Source of the DNA: Octopus sinensis
Taxonomy: Eukaryota
Direction: 5' to 3'
Length of the DNA: 23,344 nt
Assembly (NCBI RefSeq): GCF_006345805.1
Contig: NW_021836629.1
Location: 1-23,344 of the forward strand
The notes below the pieces were generated by a model. That model was not told where the DNA came from, did not search any database, and saw only the letters and a program-made list of their open reading frames with translations. The position numbers and the translations under genes are program-made. Positions 10,837-21,794 of this stretch are shown piece after piece. Position 1 is the stretch's first letter. Each line of letters starts with the position of its first letter.

Positions 10837-11346
10837 GTAAGGGTGTTGAAGGATGTTGAACGAAGATGTAGCCCATCTTCTTGGTATTGGGGATGGGCTC
10901 CAGCAAATATTCTGCTCAATACCACAGATTTGTGCTTGTCAGTTGCTCGACGTTACCAGTTGAGCATGTCCCTTGGCTGGTGATATGTGCATCTCTGATC
11001 ACAAGCAGAAGTAGTGGGGGTGTATCATAGCCATGTGTTGAGAGGGATTCTTTGGGGTTTGAATAATTCACCTCTGGAACATGGGTGTTTCGTTCAAAAT
11101 CCGTAAACAACTCTTACTCAGGGACCTTTTGAGCAGGATGGTTACTCGACCACAAGAAAATTCTAACTGGTCCCCACCTAAAAGGTCATGTGCTTTTTAT
11201 CTTGATATGAGATCATCATGTTTCGCATTTATGGTTGTGATGCATGTGCCTGGTGTACCCTTATCAGACGGGTAGTCATGATGGGTATACTGGGCTTCTA
11301 TATTTACCCTAGTGTCACTTTGATGGCATGCACTGCTCTCTCAATT
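10837..11346. mobile_element. Same (AAT)n-embedded insertion, copy 2
   Basis: Homologous to 3471-3987. Confidence 0.65.
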
Positions 11347-11492
11347 AATAATAATAATAATAATAATAATATAATAATAATTATTATTATTTTTATTTAT
11401 TATTATTATTTTATTATTAGTATTATTATTATTATTATCATATTATTACTATTATTATTATTTTTATTATATTATTATATTATTATTGTTAT
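11347..11492. repeat. (AAT)n/(ATT)n compound microsatellite, copy 2
   Basis: Seen directly. Confidence 0.95.
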
Positions 11493-11819
11493 TGGAAAGT
11501 TCTTCCGGCTAAACATTTCACTCACTTCTTCACAGTAAAATTATATCATTTAATGCAATCGTTAATGTGATATTCCCTCCAGTTTCATATTAAAGAAAAG
11601 CTTAGGCAGGGTTATGTATATATTACATCACACACCAGACACACACACCACCACACACACGAACAATCGTACACATCAACTCTCCTCCTCTTCTTTCCCC
11701 TTCTCTCTTCTATCACTCTCTCTACCCCTCTCTCATTTTAACTCTTCCACTTCCACCGCCAATCATCATAAACTGCTGACTGAAATTTTCAAATCGAAAT
11801 TATATAATTAGAAATACAG

Positions 11820-11850
<31 letters not shown>

Positions 11851-12206
11851 GTCTTAGGATGTGGAATGTTCGTATCAGCTAACACGGACTACGTCATAAT
11901 AATACTGTCCACGAAGTGTTGATAGGAGCAAAGCTTATCCAAGAGAAGTCGGTGGGCCTGCAAATCGGCAGATGGAGAGGCAGACCCATACCAACCGACA
12001 GTTTGTAGGGCGCTAAAGTGAAAGACAGGTTAAACTGTTTGGGGTCTGGTCTGCTGTAGACCCCGAGGTGGGACAACAACGGGTGGGAGGTGACGAACAG
12101 GATAGGCGATCTCACCCAGAAATTGGCAGAGAGGAAGCTGTTCGTGAAGGGTCGAGTCGAGGTGGCGAATGCGTACATCGCTTCCGTCATCTATGACTGC
12201 CTGAAT
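11851..12206 (+). mobile_element. LINE-B, copy 2
   Basis: Homologous to 4477-4833 with the same right breakpoint. Confidence 0.82.
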
Positions 12207-13247
12207 ATAATAACCACATTGTATCAAACGCCAGGATACAAGTGTTCGTCTGGTACGTTGATTTTTGTTAATTTTTATGTCTTGACAAAGGCTGCGCTGA
12301 TGAGTGAAAAGTGCATTTTGTGCACTAATTACGGAATCATATGATGTTCAGCTACGTCTGTTTCTGGAGGCTCGCTTTGAGAGTTGCATTCCCTCGCGTT
12401 TTGTACAATGTGGGCATTATAGTAGTTTTTGACTTCAAGAGACCCTCCTAGCGTGAGGCATTTATGTATAAGTAATGCCCTTAATATATATATATTCATA
12501 GGGAATAATTAATAAGTTATCCTTTCTGAGGTTTTTCACGATAACTACTTGATAAATCCTCGTAAAATTCTATCCTATATTTCAATTATATATTTATTAG
12601 TAGCCCCAAACTTACTTTGTTATATATACACACACACACACACACACTTATGTATATATATATATATATATATATTTTACATATATGTATACATCTATGT
12701 ATATGTGAGCGCGTGTATGTATATGTGTATGTGTTTCAGTTTATCCACTATGACCGCTTGGGAAGAGGTTCCGGTTTTTTACGTCCCAGTAATTTGGCCG
12801 ATCGGTATCTTGTTAAATTCCTTACAACCACTTGAAACTTTTCACATTTTTACCACGTCATTTTCAAAGCATTTACGTCTGATTCAGAATTGCCTGCCTT
12901 TGACAATAATTGCATTCATGTTTTTCTTTTTACTGGTAAGTAATAATAAAAAAATCAAAAGTATAAAGTTGCGTAACTCTAGGCAAATCAGCGGAAGGGA
13001 TCGCGAGAATACGCAGCAGGCTTAACAACAAATACTGGGGTCGATTTGTGCGACTAAAACACTTTAAGGCATTGTCCCAGCATAGGCGCAGCCAAATGGA
13101 TGACAAACGAAAGGAATTGTTTACAGCTATGGTTTAAATTCTACGCCATAAATTAGAATTGTCGGATCTCATCGAAGAGAACGAACGGGAATTGAAGCTC
13201 TATGGTTTGTGTTCCTGAAATTTTAAAGGATGCAACAATAGAAAATG

Positions 13248-13287
13248 ATCTATCTATCGATCAATCAATCGATCTTCTATCTATATC

Positions 13288-13347
<60 letters not shown>

Positions 13348-13377
13348 CCTATATATCTACATATCTATCTATCTATC
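13248..13377. repeat. (TATC)n microsatellite, copy 2
   Basis: Seen directly. Confidence 0.97.
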
Positions 13378-14876
13378 TGGAACGAGATAACGAGTAGGGT
13401 GGTCACTCTCGCCCAGTAATGGGCCGAGAGGAAAGTGTCCCTAAAAGGTCGGGGGGAGGTGGCGAAAGCCTACATCGCGTCCGCCATCTACTACCGCCTG
13501 ACCGTCGTACTTTGTCCCGACCCTACCATCACCAAACTAGAACGCATCCTCTTCCGCTTCTTTTGGAAAGGATGCGTCCCGATGGTCAGGCGATCCATTT
13601 GCTGCCAACACCCGTTAAAAGAAGGGCTGGGCATGCCGTGGTTGATGATGCGCAGACACGCGCTGAGACTGCGACATCTCCGGCTCTATGTTCACGACGG
13701 AGAACAGGTGTGGTCGCCGTTTGTGAGGCACGCATTCCCGCAACTCGTCTCCATGACCGAACAACAGTCGTGGATCAAAAAGAGGCCGAGGAAGTGCGAA
13801 TGGCACCGCGAGTGTCGCGTTGCTCTCAACCAACTCTGCCGTCCCAGGTCGACCTTGAGTGACTTCAACACAACCAAAGAATTCTATAGGGGATTAGTGG
13901 AGGGGAGGTACGACGACGATCACTAGGAAAACCTGGGCGTCGTCGAGGAATACCTGACCCGCCTGTTTCAAACGACTTTCGGCCCGGGACCTATGGACAA
14001 CTTCCAGAGATCCCTGGCCTGGCGGTGCTACCGAGAAGCGCTACCCGTTCGGGATAAGCTCTATAGGCATGGCTCGAGAAACACGGTGCCGACCTGCCCG
14101 AGATGCGGGCAGAGCGACGAAACCGCTCTGCACGCAATCGTTCAGTGTCCAGCAATTTCCGACCTGTGGCTTATGTCGAACGACTGCTGTCACGTATGGG
14201 ACGTGTCGGTTTATCATCCCGAGTCTATCGTTAATATCGTCACGCCTCCTTCCTTCAAACGGGAAGGAAGAGCTATTTTTATCATACTTGTGGCTATGGC
14301 GAAAGAATGTATCTGGTGGACGCGCCCCGAAAGGATTGGAGACAAACACTTTCCTCTCTGGTCAATCTCTCATCAACTTCTTCAAGTATCACATGAAGAG
14401 GAAAGTGAGAGTAGAGAGGCAAATTTTGTCTAGCGAATGTTTTAAAAAAAGATGGGTGAATGTAGCAAGGATGGCACGTATGAATGACGAAGCCACCTTG
14501 ACTATGATTCTATGAACCGTAAAAATTAATACAGAGAGTTGCTTATTTGCAAAAAAAAATAAAAGAAAGAAATATAATATGTGACTTCATTGACCGAGGT
14601 TACCGTGGTCTTTTCCGTAGGCTTTTCTTTACACTTCATATTGACATTTCTGTGATTACGATCCCTATTGATCAACTTTTTTTCCTCTCCTTTCTTTTAT
14701 TTTTCTTTCTTCTCCTTCTCCCCCCTTTTTTAAAAAATCCCCCCCTTTTTTTGTCCTCTTTCTTTCCTTTACGATCCCTTTTGATCGAACCCAACCCCCT
14801 TTTTTACCCAAAAGAAAAGCTCTACCTTGTAATTTGTTCTGTCTGTGTGCAGCCCTGTGTGGCTAATAAAGAAACA
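13378..14876 (+). mobile_element. Tx1-clade LINE (LINE-C, copy 2): 5'-truncated, with ORF2 C-terminus, stop at 14513-14515, ~360-nt 3' UTR and intact 3' end
   Basis: ORF-track pieces 13435-13926, 13993-14433 and 14069-14515 join into RT thumb plus zf-RVT. A pyrimidine-rich UTR ends in ggctaataaagaaaca, followed directly by (TATC)n. Confidence 0.93.
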
Positions 14877-15070
14877 TATCTATCTATCTATCTATCTATC
14901 TATCCATCTATCTCTATCTATCCATCTATCTATCTATGTATCTATTTATCTATCTATCTATCAATCTATCTATCTTTCTATCTATGTCTATATATCTCTA
15001 TCTGTCTATCTATCTATCTATCTATCTATCATTGTCTATCTATGACGATCTATCTCTATCTTTCCATCTT

Positions 15071-15120
<50 letters not shown>

Positions 15121-15195
15121 AAACTATCATGTGTCTGTCTAGCTATCTCTCTATCAATCATTGTCTGTATCTTTATCTTTCTATCTCTCTATCTA
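14877..15195. repeat. Degenerate (TATC)n tract of ~320 bp, followed by TA/CA repeats to ~15320
   Basis: Seen directly. Confidence 0.96.
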
Positions 15196-16201
15196 TTACG
15201 TCTCTCCATATATCGATATACATATATATATATATACACACATATATACATTCATTTACATTTACTTATTTTCACACACACAAACACGCACGCAGACACA
15301 CACTTTCACACTCACATATACATAATATAAAGGGAGAGGAAAATCAAATCATGGGACGCAACTTACAAGCATTGTACTACAATCCAGGCTCTGGTAAACC
15401 ACATCGAATGGTCCGGCCAAACGGGAAAATCTTTATGGTAAACAATCATTGTCTTTCACTTAGTTCCAAAATTCCGAGTTCACTATTTCGGGTTTTATCC
15501 TGTGTAAAAGACATTAAAATAAGAATTAAATGTTACACATGAAGTAACTTACTTTTTAGCATATTTTATATACAATGCAATTTAGTTATTTTAAACCTGT
15601 GAACGACACGCCTTTCTGCTGCATGTATATTATAAGCATTAGCATCAGGTTACATCCTGCTGGTTGAAAACTGTACCACCAGTATGCAGTAATTATAACT
15701 TTAGACTCAGATACTGATACCGGTGGAATGTAAATTACGGCTGCATGCCATTGCTTCAAATTTCATAAACAGGATGCAACCTTACACCGGGCACAATAAT
15801 CTGCTATGATACACATATACACACCCGCAAACACACACATACTCACACATACACACACACACATTCATATATATATATACGCATAATTGTGTGCGTTGTG
15901 TTCTGCTACTTCAATGAAAAAATATTTGGTAAATAAACAAATGACAAATATATATATATATATGCGCAAATATATATATAAACATTCACTACATCTTACG
16001 AACAGAGACTAACAGCACTTTATTGGTAACTTACTATTTTCATTATATTATATCGGCCTTCTATTGGCCATTGTCCAGTCTCCTCAACAGCATTAAGGAT
16101 GGGATAAAAAGGGTCTCCACCGTTAAGCCCTCATATGTTTGTGTCCCCAAATTACCTAAAATGTTTTTTTATGCTTTTATTTTTACTTCAGTAATTTTCA
16201 G

Positions 16202-16415
16202 TTAACCCATTAGCATTGGCACTGGCCACGTCGGGCCCAAATATTCTTCCTGTTTTCTGTTGAAACTGAACAGATCAGCCCTTTCACAACCACCATTTAA
16301 GTTATTCTAAAAGTAAGCAATCACATAATCAAAATCTCAAAGCTAGAAGATAACGTATGTTTAATTTTAAACGATGTGAATAAATAAGTAATTCATCTGA
16401 ATGTTGAAGGAGTAT
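16202..16415. mobile_element. Degenerate piggyBac-like MITE
   Basis: Left end ttaacccattagcatt (TTAA+CCC); decayed right end aatgttgaaggagtat versus the expected aatgctaatgggttaa. The body resembles a recalled octopus MITE. Confidence 0.5.
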
Positions 16416-16954
16416 CCCCTTCTAGCTGGTACAATAATGAAACAACAATTCCATCTCAAATTACGTGGGGTATTTTTTCAGGACACTTTTCAGGTACGAG
16501 GGAGTGGTTAAGAATGTTAGTAGTACAAACAATCGGGTCGGTATTTTTCTTAGTATTTGAATTTTGTTAATTATTGTTTGAAGCCGAGAAGGGTCAAATG
16601 AGAGTAGAGGCGGTTGAATTGAAAAATTTGAAGAAATTTGTTTTGTGTGTTGGTGAGATTTAGGAGGCTGAGAGGGGGAGGAAAAATCGATTGATCATAA
16701 TACTTGGAATAAATTTGGGATGCGTGTTATATATATTTATATTTCTGTGGGTATCTATATATATATGCTGACTACTTTATGTTTTTAATACTGTGTATTA
16801 ATGTAGGAGTTTATATGTATATATATTGTGCGTATATGTGTGTGTGTTTGCATGTATATATGTAAGAGCTTGTATGTATATATTATGTATTTGCAAATGT
16901 GATGTATATATTATGTATTTGTAAATGCAAGTTTGGATATTTCAGATTTATTGC

Positions 16955-16986
16955 ATATGCTTATATATATATATAAATAAATAATA

Positions 16987-17038
<52 letters not shown>

Positions 17039-17100
17039 TTATATTACATAATAAATATATATATATATATATAATATAATATATATTATACATACATATA
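16955..17100. repeat. Imperfect (TA)n tract at the left boundary of copy 3
   Basis: Seen directly. Confidence 0.92.
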
Positions 17101-17240
17101 TATGCGTACATAGGCACCACACATATAATCTATTTGGAATGTGTTCACTTGTAGATTGTCAGGTTGACTCTTGTTTTACATTACAGCTTTGATGGGCCCC
17201 GGGGCTTGCTATATGATTATTTAGAATTAGGGAAGTGCAT

Positions 17241-17950
17241 GAATGTCGGGCAGTATTTATGCTTACGATAAAAAATAACGTCAGAGAATTTAACAGTGAG
17301 GAGTTGTGGAGGCGAAGAATAGTTAATGACCCTTTTATACATAACATACATTTACCTATATTTGTGTTGTAGAAGGGAGCTTCACATACTATGGACCACG
17401 ATAGAGCGTATTGGACATTGTTTTGAGTTAAGGTTGTATATGTGTGTCGCTAAAGATTGAAATAGTTTAGATTTGGGATTAATGAAAAAAGTACATATGA
17501 GCACGACAACGGCATTCGAAATCCTCAGTGCCATAAATATACACCCTTGCTTGGTGGGTGCATGGGGTAATCACGTGGCACTTATAGATTACGTTTTTGA
17601 GGAGACAGGTGTCTGCATACCGTATATTTCAGAAGCGCGACAGTTGCAAGTGGTTGGGGTTTACTATTAGTAATGTTGATGTTGGTTGGTTTGTTGTTAG
17701 TGGGGAGAATCTAAATTAGGATTTATATTAGTATCGGATTGAGAGGTTGTAATGGAACTAGTATCTATCGTCTAGTAGATAGGGTTGTAGAATGTTGGCT
17801 TAAGTTTAGTATTATACAATTGAGGTGGTTTATTAAGGTTTGAATTATTGTATTGTCAACGCTAGCCTGGGATTTTCGGAAAAATTTTGTTTTATCCACA
17901 CATAAAGCCTACCGGTGTTTTATAAAGACTTATGGAACCACGGGTCCGCT
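17241..17950 (-). mobile_element. Decayed Penelope-like element GIY-YIG region (copy 3)
   Basis: Reads TCNCRASEIY / DTCLLKNVIYKCHVITPCTHQARVYIYGTEDFECRCRAH. ORF 17159-17347 gives the CxLC tail. Confidence 0.78.
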
Positions 17951-18267
17951 GCTAGCTTTGTTGTTGTTGATGTGTATGTATTTTCAAAATGTTTTATTCT
18001 TCAACTTTGAGATGTATTGTTGATTTTTTAAATTTTATCTTACTATAATCAGCAACAAACACATTCCGTCAATATTAAATTCTTTATTGGATAAAAAAAA
18101 ACATTATCAAAACATGAAGTTAAAACAACAAATGTGCTTTGTTTTCTTCCAGGCACAAATGTCCTGTAGCAATAGTCTTTCATCATCGACCGACCTTTCC
18201 TCCAAAAAATCAGTGGAATCATTCGATCTCCATACACAAATTATTTTCCTCCTGGAACTATAAAAAA

Positions 18268-18354
18268 GTTACACACATTAGGCGCACCTTTCTCTAAGCG
18301 GCACACTAAATTTCCCAGGTACAAAATAGCGGCTTATACACCGGAAAATACGGT
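18268..18354. mobile_element. pogo/Tc2-type TIR remnant (copy 3)
   Basis: gcggcttatacaccggaaaatacggt at 18329-18354. Confidence 0.55.
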
Positions 18355-19198
18355 GTTTCTTTTTTTGTCATATTCATATCGACTTCCACTCCATAAACGT
18401 TACACAAACACTTGACTGCGCATGCCTAAATGTCTACATTAAATCATTTTCTAAGCTAAATTCTCTGCCTGATCTACAGGCTCATTAGGCCCCCAGTATA
18501 TCTCGGTATCGAACGTATTTCAACACCCAAGGATACAACACACCGGATACCAGTCTGTCGCAATGTTAACCCCTGGTTAATGCTGGTGCTTTTCAGATGA
18601 GTGCACTGGAAGTGTCTTTCTCGTGGACACAACTTACCGAAACAATAATCCATACGCCTATATGTGTGTGTGTGTGCGCTTATGTACATATCCGTGTGTA
18701 TGTGGGTGTATTTTTGTATGCATGTACACACACACACACACAATCTTTTATTCTTTTAATCTTTTGCTTATTTAAGGTGAATTTCAAAGTCGTTATGCCA
18801 ATCACATAATCCCCTTCCGACATAGGCCAAAAGTAAAGCTACGAAAGTGGCTAAGTTTGGAAGAAAACGAAACACCACATGTGACTGGATGGGAAGTAAT
18901 TGAGAATCCATAACTTATGTTAATGGCTCGAATAAATATAAGCTTTGTTTAGCTGAAAGAGTGCATATCCTGTTCAGATCTAAGATGCTTAATTCTCTAT
19001 TGGACTCTAGGTCGGGAATTTTCAGTCGTGGTCAAGTATAAATATATTTTGAAGAACTGAAAAATTCCGTCTATTCTTGATTACATATATAATATATTTT
19101 TAGCCTTATAATTCAAGGTCTAACAAGGAGAACACTTAAATGCTGTTTTTACTTTTCCCTTTTCCCATTTTCGTTTTTGTGCTTTCGCTGTCCGATTT

Positions 19199-20240
19199 CC
19201 GGAACACTGGGCATGCTGTGGAAGACATGCACTGGGGCTGCGACATCTCCAAACATCCTGCGTAAATGGTGAACAGGTGTAGTCATCGTTTGTCAAACAG
19301 GCTTTTCCACATCTCATCTCCTTGAGTAAGCTGCAGTCGTGGGTCAAGAAGAGACCGAGGATGGGTTACTGGCATCTGGAATGTTGCTAGGCACTCACTG
19401 TCCTCTACCAGGTGGGCAATGCGATCAGTGGAAAATCCACTCTGAAGTTCTATGGAGGGTTAGTGGAGGGAAAGTGCGATGAAGCACTTGGAGAGACGCT
19501 AGGGTTTGACAAAATTGAACTAATCCGTCTGTTGAGGAGGACTTTCAAGACGGGATAATGGATAACTTCTAGAAGTCCTTGCTTTGCAGTGCTATCGGGG
19601 GGCACTGCCGGATCGAGATAAACTCTACAAGCACGGAATTGCTGTCTGATCGACCTACCCGAGGTATGCGCAGAGCGATGAAAGCGTTCTGCACGCACTC
19701 GTCCAGTGTCCTTGCATTACTGACTTGGGTTATGTTGAAAAGCTGTTATTAAGTGTAGGGAGTTTCTATCTATCGGCCGAGTCCGTAGTGAAGATCGATC
19801 AGCCGATTTCATCAGTCCGGAAGGTCAGGCAATTTACTTCTGTCTAATAGCAGTAGCGAAAGTGGCTGTATTGCGGACAATTTAAACGGACTAAAGGCAG
19901 AGAATTTACTCTACGGCCAATCACGGGTCAACTTTTTCAAATTTCCTTTGGAAAGGAAGATGAGGGTGCAGAGTGAAGTGCTGCCTCCCAGTACATTTGC
20001 CAAAAGGTGGATGAACAGAGAAAATGGTACGTGTGAGTGGACCTACTCTAGTAAAGTACTGTGGGCTAGTGAATTTGAAAGGGAGGAGAGTGCCCTTCCC
20101 AGATGCTCTCGAAGCGTCGAGTGGTTCAGGATTGGGGTGTGGGTACCTGAGCCAACTCCAGGGGATTACCTGCACCTATTACAACATTTCATTGTTATAT
20201 TCTTTTGTCAGATATCATTGTTAATCTTTTAACTGTGTAC
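19199..20240 (+). mobile_element. LINE-A, copy 3
   Basis: Homologous to 2081-3130; divergence rises after ~19520. Confidence 0.86.
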
Positions 20241-20282
20241 TCGTTGTCTCTGCGTGATATCCCCACTGTCCATACTGTATCC

Positions 20283-20514
20283 TGTTTCTTTACTACCCAC
20301 AAGGGGCTAAACACAGAGAGGACAAAAAAAGACAGACAAACGGATTAAGTCGATTATATCGACCACCGTGCGTAACTGGTACTTCTTTCATCGACCCCGA
20401 AAGGATGGAAGGCAAAGTCGACCTCGGGGGAATTTGAACTCAGGAGGTAACGGCAGAAGAATTACCGCTAAGCATTTCGCTCGACGTACTGAAGATTCTG
20501 CCAGCTCTCACCGC
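20283..20514 (-). mobile_element. tRNA-derived SINE (copy 3)
   Basis: Same family; B-box-like tgagttcaaattcc on the minus strand. Confidence 0.85.
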
Positions 20515-20555
20515 ATTTTCGACTGTATCTTCTCCCATATGCCGGCCCTATTGGC

Positions 20556-20569
20556 AAATAATAATAATA

Positions 20570-20633
<64 letters not shown>

Positions 20634-20702
20634 AATAATGATGATAATGATAATAATACAAATATTAATAATAATAGTAATAATAATAATAATTATCATT
20701 AT

Positions 20703-20733
<31 letters not shown>

Positions 20734-20754
20734 TTAATAATAATAATGATAATG

Positions 20755-20786
<32 letters not shown>

Positions 20787-20787
20787 A

Positions 20788-20833
<46 letters not shown>

Positions 20834-20864
20834 GTCTTATTATTATCATTATCATTATTATTAT

Positions 20865-20895
<31 letters not shown>

Positions 20896-21180
20896 ATTAT
20901 TATTATTAATAGTATTATTTTATTATTATTATTATTACTATTATTATTATTATATTATTATTATTCATTATTATTTTAAATATTATTATTATTAGTATTA
21001 TTATTATTATCTTATTATTATGAATATTATATTAATTATTTATTATGATTATTCTTATTATTATTAATATTATTATTTTATTATATTATTATTATTATTA
21101 TTATTATTAATAGTATTATTATCATTATTATTATTACTATTATTATTATTTTATTATTATTATTATTATATTATTTTATT
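20556..21180. repeat. Long (AAT)n/(ATT)n microsatellite (~625 bp), copy 3
   Basis: Seen directly; main polarity switch near 20788. Confidence 0.97.
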
Positions 21181-21545
21181 GGAATTTTTTTCCGGCTAAA
21201 CTTTTCACTCACTTCTTTACAATAAAATTATGTCATTTAAAGCAATCGTTAATGTGATATCCCCTTCAGTTTCAAATTAAAGAAAAGCTTAGGCAAGGTT
21301 GTGTATCTAATTGCATCACACACACAGACCACCACACTCACACTCACAATCGTACACATCAACTCTCCTCCTCTCTTCTTTCCCCTCTCTCTCTTCTATC
21401 ACTCCCTCTCCCCCTCTCTCATTTTAACTCTACCACTTCCACCCCAATCATCATAACTGCTGACTGAAACTTTTCAAACCGAAATAATATAATTGAAATA
21501 CAGATGCCATATATATATATATATATATATATAAAAACACTTTTA

Positions 21546-21677
21546 ACTCTTTCACTTGTTTCAGTCATTGACTGCGGCCATGCTGGAGCACCGCCTTTAG
21601 TCGAGCAAATCAACCCTGGGACTTATTATTTGTAAGCCCAGTACTTATTCTATCGGTCCATTTTGCCGAACCGCTAA
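21546..21677 (-). mobile_element. SINE fragment inserted in (TA)n, specific to copy 3
   Basis: Flanked by (TA)n at 21509-21532 and 21678-21790. Copies 1/2 have only a plain (TA)n between gatgcc and gtcttagg. Confidence 0.8.
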
Positions 21678-21733
<56 letters not shown>

Positions 21734-21742
21734 TATACATAC

Positions 21743-21775
<33 letters not shown>

Positions 21776-21794
21776 ATATAATATATATATGTGT

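Larger units (their letters stand above)
7313..14174 (+). repeat. Segmental duplication unit, copy 2
   Basis: Same order of elements as copy 1. Starts at tatatgcgtacataggcac after a TA-rich tract and carries many 1-bp indels relative to the other copies. Confidence 0.95.

Noticed and set aside
14547-15542. 331-aa ORF, the longest in the track
   Set aside because: It is a read-through of the LINE 3' UTR and (TATC)n (YLSI repeats), which lacks stops in that frame. No domain recognised.
20368-20979. Poly-Ile/Leu/Asn ORFs (also 3883-4176, 11218-11538, 20508-20855)
   Set aside because: Translations of (AAT)n/(ATT)n microsatellites.
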